A stretch of DNA of 60,000 nt from Amphiscolops sp. MND2022. Lineage: Eukaryota. Of the stretch, positions 39,566 through 51,019 are shown one piece after another. A program made the position numbers and the translations under genes. Location: NCBI GenBank assembly GCA_964187785.1, contig OZ076413.1:47060001-47120000 (forward strand), written 5' to 3'. The notes below the pieces were generated by a model that was not told where the DNA came from, did no database searches, and worked only from the letters and a program-made list of their open reading frames with translations. Numbering within the stretch: the stretch's first letter is position 1; every line of letters begins with the position of its first letter.

Positions 39566-39786
39566 GGTTTGCATGAAATGGGTCGAATGAAATAGGTCGA
39601 AAAGAATTAGGTCGACCCTTTTGGTCGAATAACTTAGGTCGAATTGACTGAGGTCGAATGGACTTGGGTCGAAATCAATATGTTGTCTCCCTTGAACTTG
39701 GCATTTTTCAAGGTCGACCCAATTCCGAAATGGTGAACATTCGACCCATGGCACAGGAGGCCGATTCGACCCATTTCCGTTCACCC
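39566..39786. mobile_element. MULE-like MITE (GGTCGAA type) inserted in RT
   Basis: 9-bp TSD tgccatttg (39557-39565 / 39787-39795); TIR core gaaatgggtcgaat / attcgacccatttc. Confidence 0.9.
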
Positions 39787-40911
39787 TGCCATTTGTACAC
39801 AATGGTAGGCCTGAGAGCAATCAAGTTTACAAAACAGTTTCTTTCCGGCAAAATGAGCAATTGTGTCTGCCATTGTGGAGATTGGAAAGTTATTGTTGTT
39901 TCATTACACCTGATTCCACGTAGCTGTTAGATTGTTCAATTCGCTAGCGAAAGACAACTACGAGCTGTTGAAGGAAATCAAGCACGGGGTCAGAATTCTT
40001 GGAAAACGTCATGTTCGTTCCGCTGAGTTTCACTTGTTCCGGATATTCAGAATGGCTGCTACTACTACTACTACTACCACTGAAAGGCGTAAATTACCAT
40101 ATGATATACAGTGGAAAGACGAATTAAAGATTCAGCAGGCAACAAGTTTTACATGTGCATATTAAAAATTGGTTACATTTTGATAATGTATTATTGCACA
40201 TAAGAAGATTAGAGGCTGTCAATTTTCACTGTGAATGATGATGTTGGTTCGAAAACTGATATTCCATGTAGCTTTCCTAAGCGATTAGCCGTGATACAGG
40301 CATGTATTCGGAATTGCTCATCAGTTTTATTTAACCGGGTTTCAGGTTTTTCAAAGAGACTCAAATTGTCTGCAAAATTGAGCGAGAGAAGGCATGAAGC
40401 GTGTTATGATGTACTTCTAGACAAAGATAAGATTCTCTGCTTCAGAACTCTCGCTCCATGGAATTTTCAATAGGAATACTAGTTTAGGAGGGGGCCGACA
40501 TCATGCCATCGTGGTTACAATGCTCTTGTTACTGTTCAAATAAACTATGCACAGAGCCAGCTTCAAATTGTCTTTCCTCTCAGATGACAGACGTCGCAAT
40601 GAATCTGGTGCCATGTAGGTCATCATCTAGGGGGGATGACACACACACACCTGCAAACAAAAGGTTTAGCTATAGATAGGTAGCAACGATGTAAAGCGTC
40701 ATCAGTTGTGCTCGTTTCAGTTTGCAGGGTCATTCTTATCTAATGCAAAGAACGCGAGTCTATTTGTTAGCATTCCATTTCTTCTATGTAGCCAAAGATA
40801 TTTGAAAAAGCATTGGTCCGGAGAAATGTATTTTTTGGTCGTTCTATAAATCCTTGATTTTAACGACGTATATTTTCTTTGTTCCTAGTTTCCATTTTCT
40901 CATTTGTTTCA

Positions 40912-41003
40912 GGGTGATGAATTTCATCAGGGGAATTCCCTGTTGTGAGAAGCTCACCGAAAAAGACTTATGTTCGAAAGACGTTGTTGTGAGAGTTTAC
41001 GCA
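40912..41003 (+). CDS. Possible internal exon of an unidentified host gene
   Basis: ttgtttcag acceptor, cag|gtaagt donor, open frame VMNFIRGIPCCEKLTEKDLCSKDVVVRVYA. Confidence 0.35.
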
Positions 41004-41476
41004 GGTAAGTCGCTCTATTTGTTGCGAATGAGTTAACTTTTTAAATTCGAAGGTCCTGCAATGAGGCCGTAACTCACAATATTTTGGAATTTTTACTCAT
41101 TCAAACGATGACTTCCCAATTTTATCAGTGAAGGAATGCCGCGTTTTCTTTTTGATACAAGGGATTTTTCCTTAACTGCCCTCTTTGAGAACTGAAAGAC
41201 TTGACATTATTGCACAAAATATAGTTGCTACATTATTAGACAAGTTCCATTGGTAGCATAAAATTGGCGTCCTCTTGTAAAGTATTGGAGTGTTCTATTG
41301 ACAAAAATGAGTCTGTAATGAAAATGTTTTCTTTCGTCGATGACTTTCATGGCCACAAAAAACTACGTCACGTTCCGTGGTATTTGAGTGAAAGAGTATG
41401 TATAACAATAGAGGAGTTCGTTCAGTTCCAGAAGGGTTCCATGTTAAGCCGCTTCTACTTTCCATTATGTATTTGT

Positions 41477-41674
41477 CAGGGGCGGTTTTACGATTTTCTC
41501 AACGAGTGGGCGGATTTTCAAAACGTGGGGCGCACCGGAACGAGAGCACCAGTTGAATATTTGGAAGTATGAAAACTCGGCTCATATTACCGGCTGTGAC
41601 ATCAATTCATTCCATACATCTCTCCAAAGGGGCAGGCGGCCACCGCCCCCGCATCTCCCTTAAAACCGCCCCTG
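41477..41674. mobile_element. hAT-type MITE
   Basis: Perfect 14-bp TIR caggggcggtttta / taaaaccgcccctg; 8-bp TSD gtatttgt / gcatttgt. Confidence 0.85.
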
Positions 41675-42614
41675 GCATTTGTCAAGCATGTCAGCCACCA
41701 TTATCAGGTATTATTATAGGAAAAATTGATTCTAATTATTATTTTATTTTCAAGAGAACCAAACAGTTAATTGAATTTCAGGGAAAAATCAATCTATTAG
41801 ACACTCTACAGTAATTAATTGGTTTCTTTCTCAGGTTGAGACGGAGCATCATAAGTTGTTCTAATGTCCCAAAATCGCCTATTTGTTTTTAAATATAATT
41901 GCTCGTCGGGTTCAGTCGTTGTCGGAAATCACTCGATGCAATATCACCGCTACTAAAAAGCGCTCCAGAATGTTCGAGGTTGGCCAAATGAAGCGGGTAT
42001 CAGCATATTTCGTCGATGGTGCTTTTTTCTTGTTCAGAGTCACACTAGCAAAATCATCACAGTATCTGGGACGTCTCTTCCGTCCACCACGATGTGCTTT
42101 CTGAGGTTTTTGCAGGCCAGTTGCTCGTCTGTCGTCGTTTCTATTTCGTTATCATCCTGAATTTTCACTATTTCTGATTCGAAGTTAGGGCTTCTAATTA
42201 TTCTCGCAGTTGGAGACAATTACTTGTCAGAACCATCAAAATCAGAGACATGATGCATCAGTACTCTCTCTGCCATGGTAACCAAATCCAATGTCGACAA
42301 TTTTTGTTGAGCTTCGCACAATGTCGCATTTCAGAGATTTCTCGTCATTAAAGAACACCATAATTCTTTCTTTAGTCCGAGAAGAATTAAAGGCGGTATA
42401 AACTGGTTCAGTAATTAATTGTGCGCTAAATAATGATTGAACAGGAATTTATTGATATTCCAGATATGATTCTATTATTGAAATTGAAAGATAGAAGGGA
42501 GTGTGTTGATATTCCAGATATGATTTTATTATGGAAAATAAAAAAGGAGTGTAGTGAACATTCTACGTCTGATTGGAAAATTGTTTTGAATAACCGGCTT
42601 TTTACCATGGTTAA

Positions 42615-43264
42615 CTTCCATTAGGGATAAGTTCTTTCGGTTTGAAAAGTTGTTGATTATGTCCAGCATTTTAGTTTTTCATTTGCCTTAAAGTCTCAAA
42701 ATGGCTTACCTTAGTGTACTTCCATAGGGAATAAGTTCTGTCGGTTTGAAAAATTGTTGATTATGTCCAGCATTTTGGTTTTTTATTTCTTTTACTCTCA
42801 AAATGGCTTACTTTAGTGTATTTCTATATGGAATAAGTTCTCTCGGTTTGAAAAATTGTTGATTATTTCCAGCATTTTAACTTTTCAAATGTCTTTAACT
42901 CTCAAAATGGCTTACTTCAGTATACTTCCATAGGGGATAAGTTTTGCCGGTTTGGAAAATTGTTGATTAGGTCCAGCATTTTGGTTTTTTATCTGTCTTT
43001 ATCTCAAAATGGCTTACTTTAATGTACTTCTATATGGAATAAGTTCTCTCGGTTTGAAAAATTGTTGATTATTTCCAGCATTTTCACTTTTCAATTGTCT
43101 AACTCAAAATGGCTTACTTTAGTGTACTTCCATAGGCGATAAGTTCTGTCGGTTTGAAAAATAGTTGATTATGTCCAGCATTTTAGTTTTTATTTGTTTT
43201 TAACTCTCAAAATGGCTTACTTTAGTGTACTTCCATGGGGGATAAGTTCTGAATAATTGGTGAT
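42615..43264. repeat. ~102-bp tandem satellite (~6.5 units), resuming at 47259-47305 after the LTR insertion
   Basis: ccataggg.ataagttctgtcggtttgaaaaattgttgattatgtccagcatttt...ctcaaaatggcttactttagtgtactt repeated. Confidence 0.92.
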
Positions 43265-43595
43265 TGTCATGTGTCGCATGACCTAAACAGAAGAACATAG
43301 TTGAGAATAAATTCTTGAAGTTCCGAATTGATGACATTTACAAAACTATTTGACATTTAAACAATCATTCACTCTCAAACTTTGAGTTATTTATTTATCT
43401 AAATTATAATCATTCGAAGTGAATAATATTTAAAACAGAAGAGAGACTAACTCGAATATTGAACAGTCGTCTTTTCGATAGAATAAAACAGCCCGATGTT
43501 GATTGTGATCCACGCATTAGAAGAAGATCGCTCGTCCTCTTGATCCAAATAGAAATCGTGATTTCAAACAATGTCTGAAAGGAGGATACATTAGT
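43265..43595 (+). repeat. LTR 1 (331 bp)
   Basis: tgtcatgtgtcgcatgacc...ggaggatacattagt. Confidence 0.9.
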
Positions 43596-43599
43596 TGGT

Positions 43600-44687
43600 G
43601 ACGCTGTCACGATATCAGAAGGACTCTTATTGACCCTTAACATACCGTTGGCGTCAAAACAAACAGTCTTTGTTTTATATGAGGCAAAAACTATTCCTAT
43701 GCCTTACCCAGATGACCCTCAGTTAGCTATCACATGGAAGCTTGAGGCCCCATATTTAGCCTTATCTGAGGACCAGATGGAATCTTCTGTTTTATCCAAG
43801 GATCAGTTTGAACAATGCCTCGGTTCGTCTAAATACCGAATTTGTTCCGAAACTTTTCCAACGGAGTTAGGACATTCTTCCTGTATTGCGACTTTGTTTT
43901 TTGACACTCCTCTTGAAGCCCTATCAGTTTGCGAAACTATATCATTTCTTTACCTAGTCCTGATCAAGCATCCAATTTGGGTTATGGTATTTGGCTCATC
44001 ACATCAGCTTCAACCGATTTCATTTTCCGTGAATCATCTTCAGTATCATCATCAACAAAATCATTTTCCGGTTGTCAAATATGTATCATTACATTGGAGT
44101 GCGGTATGACTATTCGCACGAATAATATCAAAATAAGATCCGACTTATCAAGCTGTTCTCAAATTCCAGCAATTAAATTGAGATTATCATTGCCTGACCC
44201 TTTACAGTCATTGATCATGGAAATTCCTCCTCTTGAGGATCTGCCTCTTTTCACCACGAAAGCAGAAGCAGGAGCAAACTTCTTAGGCACTGTAAGAAAA
44301 GAACTGATAAGCAGCCCCACAGTTCGCCAAGTCAACCAATTGGTGGACATCGCACGTCCTTTTGCAAAAAACATGAAACTTATGAAACCATCTTTGACTC
44401 GCGAATTCAATCAATATGTTCCATTCAAAGTTTCCCTGACTTTATCTATTGTTGTTTTCTTTGTGTCAACTGCCCTTCATTTTCTTTTCATGTATCTTTA
44501 CCATCGCTTTCATATAAATGATCGTCTTAAGAAACTGCTTGGCAAATTCAATGCTGAACCGGAAGTTCGTCCTCAACCACCGCCTGAATACTTGACGGAT
44601 GCTACTTTTAAAGCGTCGAGTAATTCTTCTAATCACCCTGTATTATTAGCAAAACATACTCGTCAGTGTGCTACTTCATCAATGTGA
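43600..44687 (+). pseudogene. env: C-terminal part of an env glycoprotein, copy 1 (1-nt frameshift at ~43939)
   Basis: Same as 45431-46519 except gaaactatatc versus gaaactaatatc. Confidence 0.75.
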
Positions 44688-45093
44688 TCTGTCCCGGTTG
44701 ATATCAATGATCATAACTAGCATGAAACTTCCACTTGCTTGACTTGACGAACTGTTCTCAAAAATGACATGTTGCCGCATTACCTCTCTTATGATCATCT
44801 ATTTTCTCATAAAACTCATTTCAATCATATAATTCTTGCAGTATCATGTAAAATACAAAAGTAGTAAATTTCTGGCTCAACAACTCCTGGACTGGACCAC
44901 ATGCAACTTCTTTGATGACAACAATTTCCTTTTGGGCCAACTTGGATCTTGTGCTGGCTTTACATTCAATAATTTTTGGATTTGGAACTCTATGGGATTA
45001 CTCAACTTTGGGTCTGTCGCATACAACCTGTACTCTTTCTCCACCCAGATGATGGCTTCTTCTAGACGCCGGAAGTGTTTTCAAGGGAGGAAG

Positions 45094-45426
45094 TGTCATG
45101 TGTCGCATGACCTAAACAGAAGAACATAGTTGAGAATAAATTCTTGAAGTTCCGAATTGATGACATTTACAAAACTATTTGACATTTAAACAATCATTCA
45201 CTCTCAAACTTTGAGTTATTTATTTATCTAAATTATAATCATTCGAAGTGAATAATATTTAAAACAGAAGAGAGACTAACTCGAATATTGAACAGTCGTC
45301 TTATCGATAGAATAAAACAGCCCGATGTTGATTGTGATCCACGCATTAGAAGAAGATCGCTCGTCCTCTTGATCCAAATAGAAATCGTGATTTCAAACAA
45401 TATGTCTGAAAGGAGGATACATTAGT
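45094..45426 (+). repeat. LTR 2 (333 bp, shared)
   Basis: Preceded by PPT, followed by PBS remnant. Confidence 0.9.
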
Positions 45427-45430
45427 TGGT

Positions 45431-46519
45431 GACGCTGTCACGATATCAGAAGGACTCTTATTGACCCTTAACATACCGTTGGCGTCAAAACAAACAGTCT
45501 TTGTTTTATATGAGGCAAAAACTATTCCTATGCCTTACCCAGATGACCCTCAGTTAGCTATCACATGGAAGCTTGAGGCCCCATATTTAGCCTTATCTGA
45601 GGACCAGATGGAATCTTCTGTTTTATCCAAGGATCAGTTTGAACAATGCCTCGGTTCGTCTAAATACCGAATTTGTTCCGAAACTTTTCCAACGGAGTTA
45701 GGACATTCTTCCTGTATTGCGACTTTGTTTTTTGACACTCCTCTTGAAGCCCTATCAGTTTGCGAAACTAATATCATTTCTTTACCTAGTCCTGATCAAG
45801 CATCCAATTTGGGTTATGGTATTTGGCTCATCACATCAGCTTCAACCGATTTCATTTTCCTTGAATCATCTTCAGTATCATCATCAACAAAATCATTTTC
45901 CGGTTGTCAAATATGTATCATTACATTGGAGTGCGGTATGACTATTCGCACGAATAATATCAAAATAAGATCCGACTTATCAAGCTGTTCTCAAATTCCA
46001 GCAATTAAATTGAGATTATCATTGCCTGACCCTTTACAGTCATTGATCATGGAAATTCCTCCTCTTGAGGATCTGCCTCTTTTCACCACGAAAGCAGAAG
46101 CAGGAGCAAACTTCTTAGGCACTGTAAGAAAAGAACTGATAAGCAGCCCCCCAGTTCGCCAAGTCAACCAATTGGTGGACATCGCACGTCCTTTTGCAAA
46201 AAACATGAAACTTATGAAACCATCTTTGACTCGCGAATTCAATCAATATGTTCCATTCAAAGTTTCCCTGACTTTATCTATTGTTGTTTTCTTTGTGTCA
46301 ACTGCCCTTCATTTTCTTTTCATGTATCTTTACCATCGCTTTCATATAAATGATCGTCTTAAGAAACTGCTTGGCAAATTCAATGCTGAACCGGAAGTTC
46401 GTCCTCAACCACCGCCTGAATACTTGACGGATGCTACTTTTAAAGCGTCGAGTAATTCTTCTAATCACCCTGTATTATTAGCAAAACATACTCGTCAGTG
46501 TGCTACTTCATCAATGTGA
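45431..46519 (+). CDS. env: C-terminal part of an env-like fusion glycoprotein (Cys-rich ectodomain, TM helix, tail), N-terminally deleted
   Basis: TLNIPL..YEAKTIPMP..APYLALSED..CLGSSKYRIC..SCIATLF..C..C pattern resembling errantivirus/baculovirus-F class env; TM SLTLSIVVFFVSTALHFLFMYLY; lies just before PPT and LTR. Confidence 0.75.
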   Translation, partial: DAVTISEGLLLTLNIPLASKQTVFVLYEAKTIPMPYPDDPQLAITWKLEAPYLALSEDQMESSVLSKDQFEQCLGSSKYRICSETFPTELGHSSCIATLFFDTPLEALSVCETNIISLPSPDQASNLGYGIWLITSASTDFIFLESSSVSSSTKSFSGCQICIITLECGMTIRTNNIKIRSDLSSCSQIPAIKLRLSLPDPLQSLIMEIPPLEDLPLFTTKAEAGANFLGTVRKELISSPPVRQVNQLVDIARPFAKNMKLMKPSLTREFNQYVPFKVSLTLSIVVFFVSTALHFLFMYLYHRFHINDRLKKLLGKFNAEPEVRPQPPPEYLTDATFKASSNSSNHPVLLAKHTRQCATSSM

Positions 46520-46925
46520 TCTGTCCCGGTTGATATCAATGATCATAACTAGCATGAAACTTCCGCTTGCTTGACTTGACGAACTGTTCTCAAAAATGAC
46601 ATGTTGCCGCATTACCTCTCTTATGATCATCTATTTTCTCATAAAACTCATTTCAATCATATAATTCTTGCAGTATCATGTAAAATACAAAAGTAGTAAA
46701 TTTCTGGCTCAACAACTCCTGGACTGGACCACATGCAACTTCTTTGATGACAACAATTTCCTTTTGGGCCAACTTGGATCTTGTGCTGGCTTTACATTCA
46801 ATAATTTTTGGATTTGGAACTCTATGGGATTACTCAACTTTGGGTCTGTCGCATACAACCTGTACTCTTTCTCCACCCAGATGATGGCTTCTTCTAGACG
46901 CCGGAAGTGTTTTCAAGGGAGGAAG

Positions 46926-47258
46926 TGTCATGTGTCGCATGACCTAAACAGAAGAACATAGTTGAGAATAAATTCTTGAAGTTCCGAATTGATGACATTT
47001 ACAAAACTATTTGACATTTAAACAATCATTCACTCTCAAACTTTGAGTTATTTATTTATCTAAATTATAATCATTCGAAGTGAATAATATTTAAAACAGA
47101 AGAGAGACTAACTCGAATATTGAACAGTCGTCTTATCGATAGAATAAAACAGCCCGATGTTGATTGTGATCCACGCATTAGAAGAAGATCGCTCGTCCTC
47201 TTGATCCAAATAGAAATCGTGATTTCAAACAATATGTCTGAAAGGAGGATACATTAGT
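46926..47258 (+). repeat. LTR 3 (333 bp)
   Basis: Preceded by PPT, followed by TSD gtgat and satellite. Confidence 0.9.
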
Positions 47259-48424
47259 GTGATTATATCCAGCATTTTAGTTTTCTGAATGTCTAACTCT
47301 CCATAGGTATTCGTTTCGAGTAATTTTTTAAAGGACTACTATGTTCGATTGAAAAAATATCGCTTATTTGCGGCTATTTGGTGAATAGTTTGTCTTTGTC
47401 GCATAAAATTGTTTTGTTCATTTTTTTCCGTTTTTTTATTATTCTTTCGGTTCCTTGTGCAAATTTTGTCTTCCTCTGATTTGCTATTTGGTAATTTCAC
47501 TACTCCCATAATGTAGAGACAATATACTGGGTAAGACGGGCCTAACCCAGTCTGCACAGTACGAGTGTCTACTGGGTTCTTAGTATTGGTTGACCTCTCT
47601 TGAAGCAGGTAGACCGTTACAGCTCTACTCTTCAAGAATCGGGTTGAGGTTAGCCCTAGACTCTAGTAACACTCAAAATCTCTTGCACAAGTACTGATTT
47701 GATTCGATTCAAATCTTTACTTTTCCTCCCTCTTCGATATAAATACCTCTACACAGACTATATGGCGGTATCACAAGTAAATTGTGCAATTTCTCTACGT
47801 GGTATGGAATTACTGTAATATTGTTTTAATCAATTGTACTTGAAATTAAGTAGCTTGCTCCGTCATTTGTTTTTACTTTCGCTGACTTCTCTTTTGTCTT
47901 GGAAATAGTTTTTCTGGCTATCGTATTTTGCTTCTGAAAGGGTATAAAAGCAGAAATAATCGTGTCCCGGAGGGGCCTATTTTTCTATACTTATTGATTA
48001 TAGAATTTTATAAAATTGATTGATACTTCACCAATCAATGGATTCAATTCTCTTTCCGGCCCAATCAATTAATTTTGCCAATTAATTGCAATTAAGTTAA
48101 TTGGCAATCAATTATTTCCAATACCTAGTTCTGATTTGCGTTTTGATAAATAGTTTTCGTTTTTCTTTATTTTCAATAAGTATTTATTTTAACATTGATT
48201 TGTGAACATTTTATACTTCAGTGATGGTTGCTCCGAAAAAATTTGACTTTTGTATACTGTCTGAGGTAAAGACAACTAGAAAGCATTCGAATAGAAGTTC
48301 AAACAGCTGCCGTCAGAGTTGCAAGATGTCCCAACACTCCCTTTCCCGATACACGTTTAATCCAGGGCGCAACCCCTGAAAGAACGATATAAACAAGAAT
48401 ATAGAATTGAGGTTGTTATCCACA

Positions 48425-49126
48425 TTTTTTAGGAGTCGGAAAAAATTTTCGACTACCTATGCAATCGTGCTGTTTTTTTGTTTTTTTTCTCCCGACCTTT
48501 TCATGAAAATTTCAAATTTCTCAAAAACGGTCCATACGATTTTCACGAAATTTTGCACAGTCATTCTACACCCAAAGGGGCCCCTGCGTGTGCAAAGGCA
48601 TCAAAATCGTATGGCCTGGATGTGAGAAACATAGCCAAAATTAGCCCAAAAATGGCCAAAAAACAGCCATTTTTCGACTTTTTTCGATTTTCTCAAAAAC
48701 TGTCCATACGATTCGAACGAAATTTTCTACAGTTATTCTACACCATATTAGAGTCCCATATGTGCAGTGGCATCAAAATCGTATGGCTGGGATGTGAGAA
48801 ACATAGCCAAAATTAGCCCAAAAATGGCCAAAAAACAGCCATTTTTCGATTTTTTTTTCGATTTTCTCAAAAACTGTCCATACGATTCGAACGAAATTTT
48901 CTACAGTCATTCTACACCATATTATGGTCCTTTATGTGCAATTTCATTAAATTCGTATGGCTGAGATGTGAGAAACATAGCCAAATTTAGCCCAAAAATG
49001 GCCAAAAAAACAGTCATTTTTCGATTTTTTCGATTTTCTCACAAACTGTTCATACGATTCGAACGAAAGCGAGTCAGAAGGAAAAAGACTTAAGCCGACT
49101 CCTTTACCGCATATGCGGCTCTGGTT
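48425..49126 (+). mobile_element. Helentron/DINE-1-like element family A, complete copy
   Basis: ttttaggagtcgg ... ccgactcctttaccgcatatgcggctctggttt; three internal ~175-bp repeats. Confidence 0.85.
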
Positions 49127-49438
49127 TAATATAGTGACTTAGGAGCCATCTTCATTAGTAGCGGTTTTTACTAGTCGCGGTCTTAAAAGTTTTTTGAGTT
49201 TTTAGCAATTAAGTTTTTGCCAGTTTCCGAACACTGCTTTGTGTTACATTTATTGATGAGGCCTGCTTTATCATTTTGACTGATTAGTTCATCTGGAAAA
49301 GTTTTTGTCATAACATTGCTCATTGAAAATCTTGAACACGAATTTTATCGGTACTGAAATGGGACTAATCTGGAGGTAGCTTTTTTCTTCCATACTTTGG
49401 TATTGTCACATAATTAATAAATATCATTTTGTTATCAG

Positions 49439-49731
49439 GAGCCCTGACTACTTACTTCAACTTTGCGCCCGCTGACTTGAATGTTGAATCTATAGAAAGT
49501 AACTTATTGTTGCCTCGAACCATCGCTTTCAGTGGAAGTCCAGTACTGCTGTTGAAGCACATAAATGCAGTGCTGGCAGGGGCCAATGGAAAACAGTTGA
49601 GATTGTGGGATCTTGTGACACCTGAGAAAGGTGTCACATTGGGCGCTATCAATGCCATGGATAAACTGCATAGGAAGCAGGAAGCTTTGAGAGTGAAAGC
49701 GGAAGATGCATTGGCGGAAAAGATCAACATG
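49439..49731 (+). CDS. Probable coding exon of an unknown host gene
   Basis: ttatcag acceptor, atg|gtgtgt donor, 97-codon open frame with helical C-terminal part. Confidence 0.5.
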
Positions 49732-51019
49732 GTGTGTGTATTTTTGCCATTTATAGTCTTATTTTAATTTCTAATCAAAAGTGTTGAGAAGCTTCGAATG
49801 CCTCTTACCTTTTAGCAAGAGTCAGATTTGAATGTTTTCAAAACTGTTTGAATTGATGTTCTTACCTCGTTTATGTTCAGACCAGAGAGTTCAAACTGTC
49901 AATTGCCACTGTGATGAAGCCGAAGTACTCTCAGAAGAAATCAATAAAACTGATAAGCATAACAGTCGGAAAGTGCTCTTATAACCTCGTCAGCGCACCG
50001 AGAAATCAAAAAATTGACAAAACTGGCAACATTTTTGAAATGCCTAATTTCTCTACGAATAATAGCCACAGCTCAATGTTTTCTGCTCCTGAAAGCCCTT
50101 AACCTAAGCTTGCAAATGCACACTTGTCAAGCTGGGAGTTGGCGTCACTTTTTGGGGCGAGAGGCCGCTTTGCCGGGCCTTTCAAATGCCGGTCGCACTC
50201 TTAGCTGAAGCTTCATCGAAAAAAACTTCTATATGCGTTTTCATTGGTGATAAACTTTTACTAGAGTGTGACAGTAACTTGGCAAACAGTTGCTGTGTTA
50301 TTTAGAAAAAGCTAATTTTCTGGAAAGTGTTTTTTACAAACTTTCACTTTTCTCCATTTACTTTTTTGCCGGTGTTTCGAAAAACAAACTATATTGACAC
50401 AAATAACAACTCGCCCCAAATAGTCCAATAGATTGTTGATAAGAAAGACAACCTTTCGTTTTCCTATATGCTTTTTGCGTTTCGTAATTTTTATTGATTG
50501 TGAAAAAAATCGCTGTCCTCATTTGAGAACGAAATCACTAACGAGGATACAAAAAGCCCTAGGGTATTTTAACAGTGACCGAAGTATGCTAAGTAGAACT
50601 CGAACCATATCCCTCCGTTTCACAACGTCGATCATTTTTGAATAATATGATAAACGAAATCTTGAGAACTTGGCATGAAATTTGTTAAAATTTTAAATGT
50701 ATTTTATTTTGATTTCTATTTTTGTGGCAGTGCATTCACAACCAACCATCCTTTTTACAACAGACGCACCCCGGCTTCTTTTGAAGTGCAAGAAACCTTC
50801 ACTTTTTTCTAGCTTAGATTGCGCACTGTCCTCATAGTAAAAGGAACCAAAAGAGATGAAAAAAGAAGCATTACGTGGATGGCAATACTATGGATCAGAT
50901 GGTTGAAATATGTTACCATGACCTATAGGGAAACAACGCTTCTTGACGAAACGATTTTCGACCTTTTTGGAGGCATGTCCTCCAAGCGGTTGCTGGTTTG
51001 ATGAAAGTTGGTGTTTCAG

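Larger units (their letters stand above)
29887..39900 (-). mobile_element. Large 5'-truncated Ty3/Gypsy (env-class, retrovirus-like) element with accessory ORFs
   Basis: RT-RH-INT order, C-terminal macrodomain, downstream accessory ORFs and signal-peptide ORF; gag, protease and LTRs not visible, so boundaries are inferred. Confidence 0.7.
37965..39900 (-). pseudogene. pol: Gypsy pol RT + RNase H, interrupted by two MITEs and a 5-bp duplication frameshift
   Basis: Removing the insertions gives NNNFPISTMADTIAHFAGKKLFCKLDCSQAYHCVQMA-DPLSVQLLAFNFASRTLAYQRLARGLNRSV-TGFGAF...QFMDDIG...; RNase H VILCDASY, EFLSLYF, LTDNKSL, NAAADFLSR. Confidence 0.92.
43265..47258 (+). mobile_element. Tandem non-autonomous LTR element: LTR-env'-LTR-env'-LTR
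   Basis: Three near-identical LTRs; polypurine tract aagggaggaag before LTR2 and LTR3; tggtgac after LTR1 and LTR2; 5-bp TSD gtgat (43260-43264 / 47259-47263). Confidence 0.92.

Noticed and set aside
39446..39820. 124-aa ORF as an independent gene
   Set aside because: Chimera of MITE sequence and a piece of the RT frame
30099..46519. Joining the env N-terminus (30-32 kb) and env C-terminus (43-46 kb) as one gene
   Set aside because: Opposite strands, and the 43-47 kb element has its own LTRs and TSD; separate insertions
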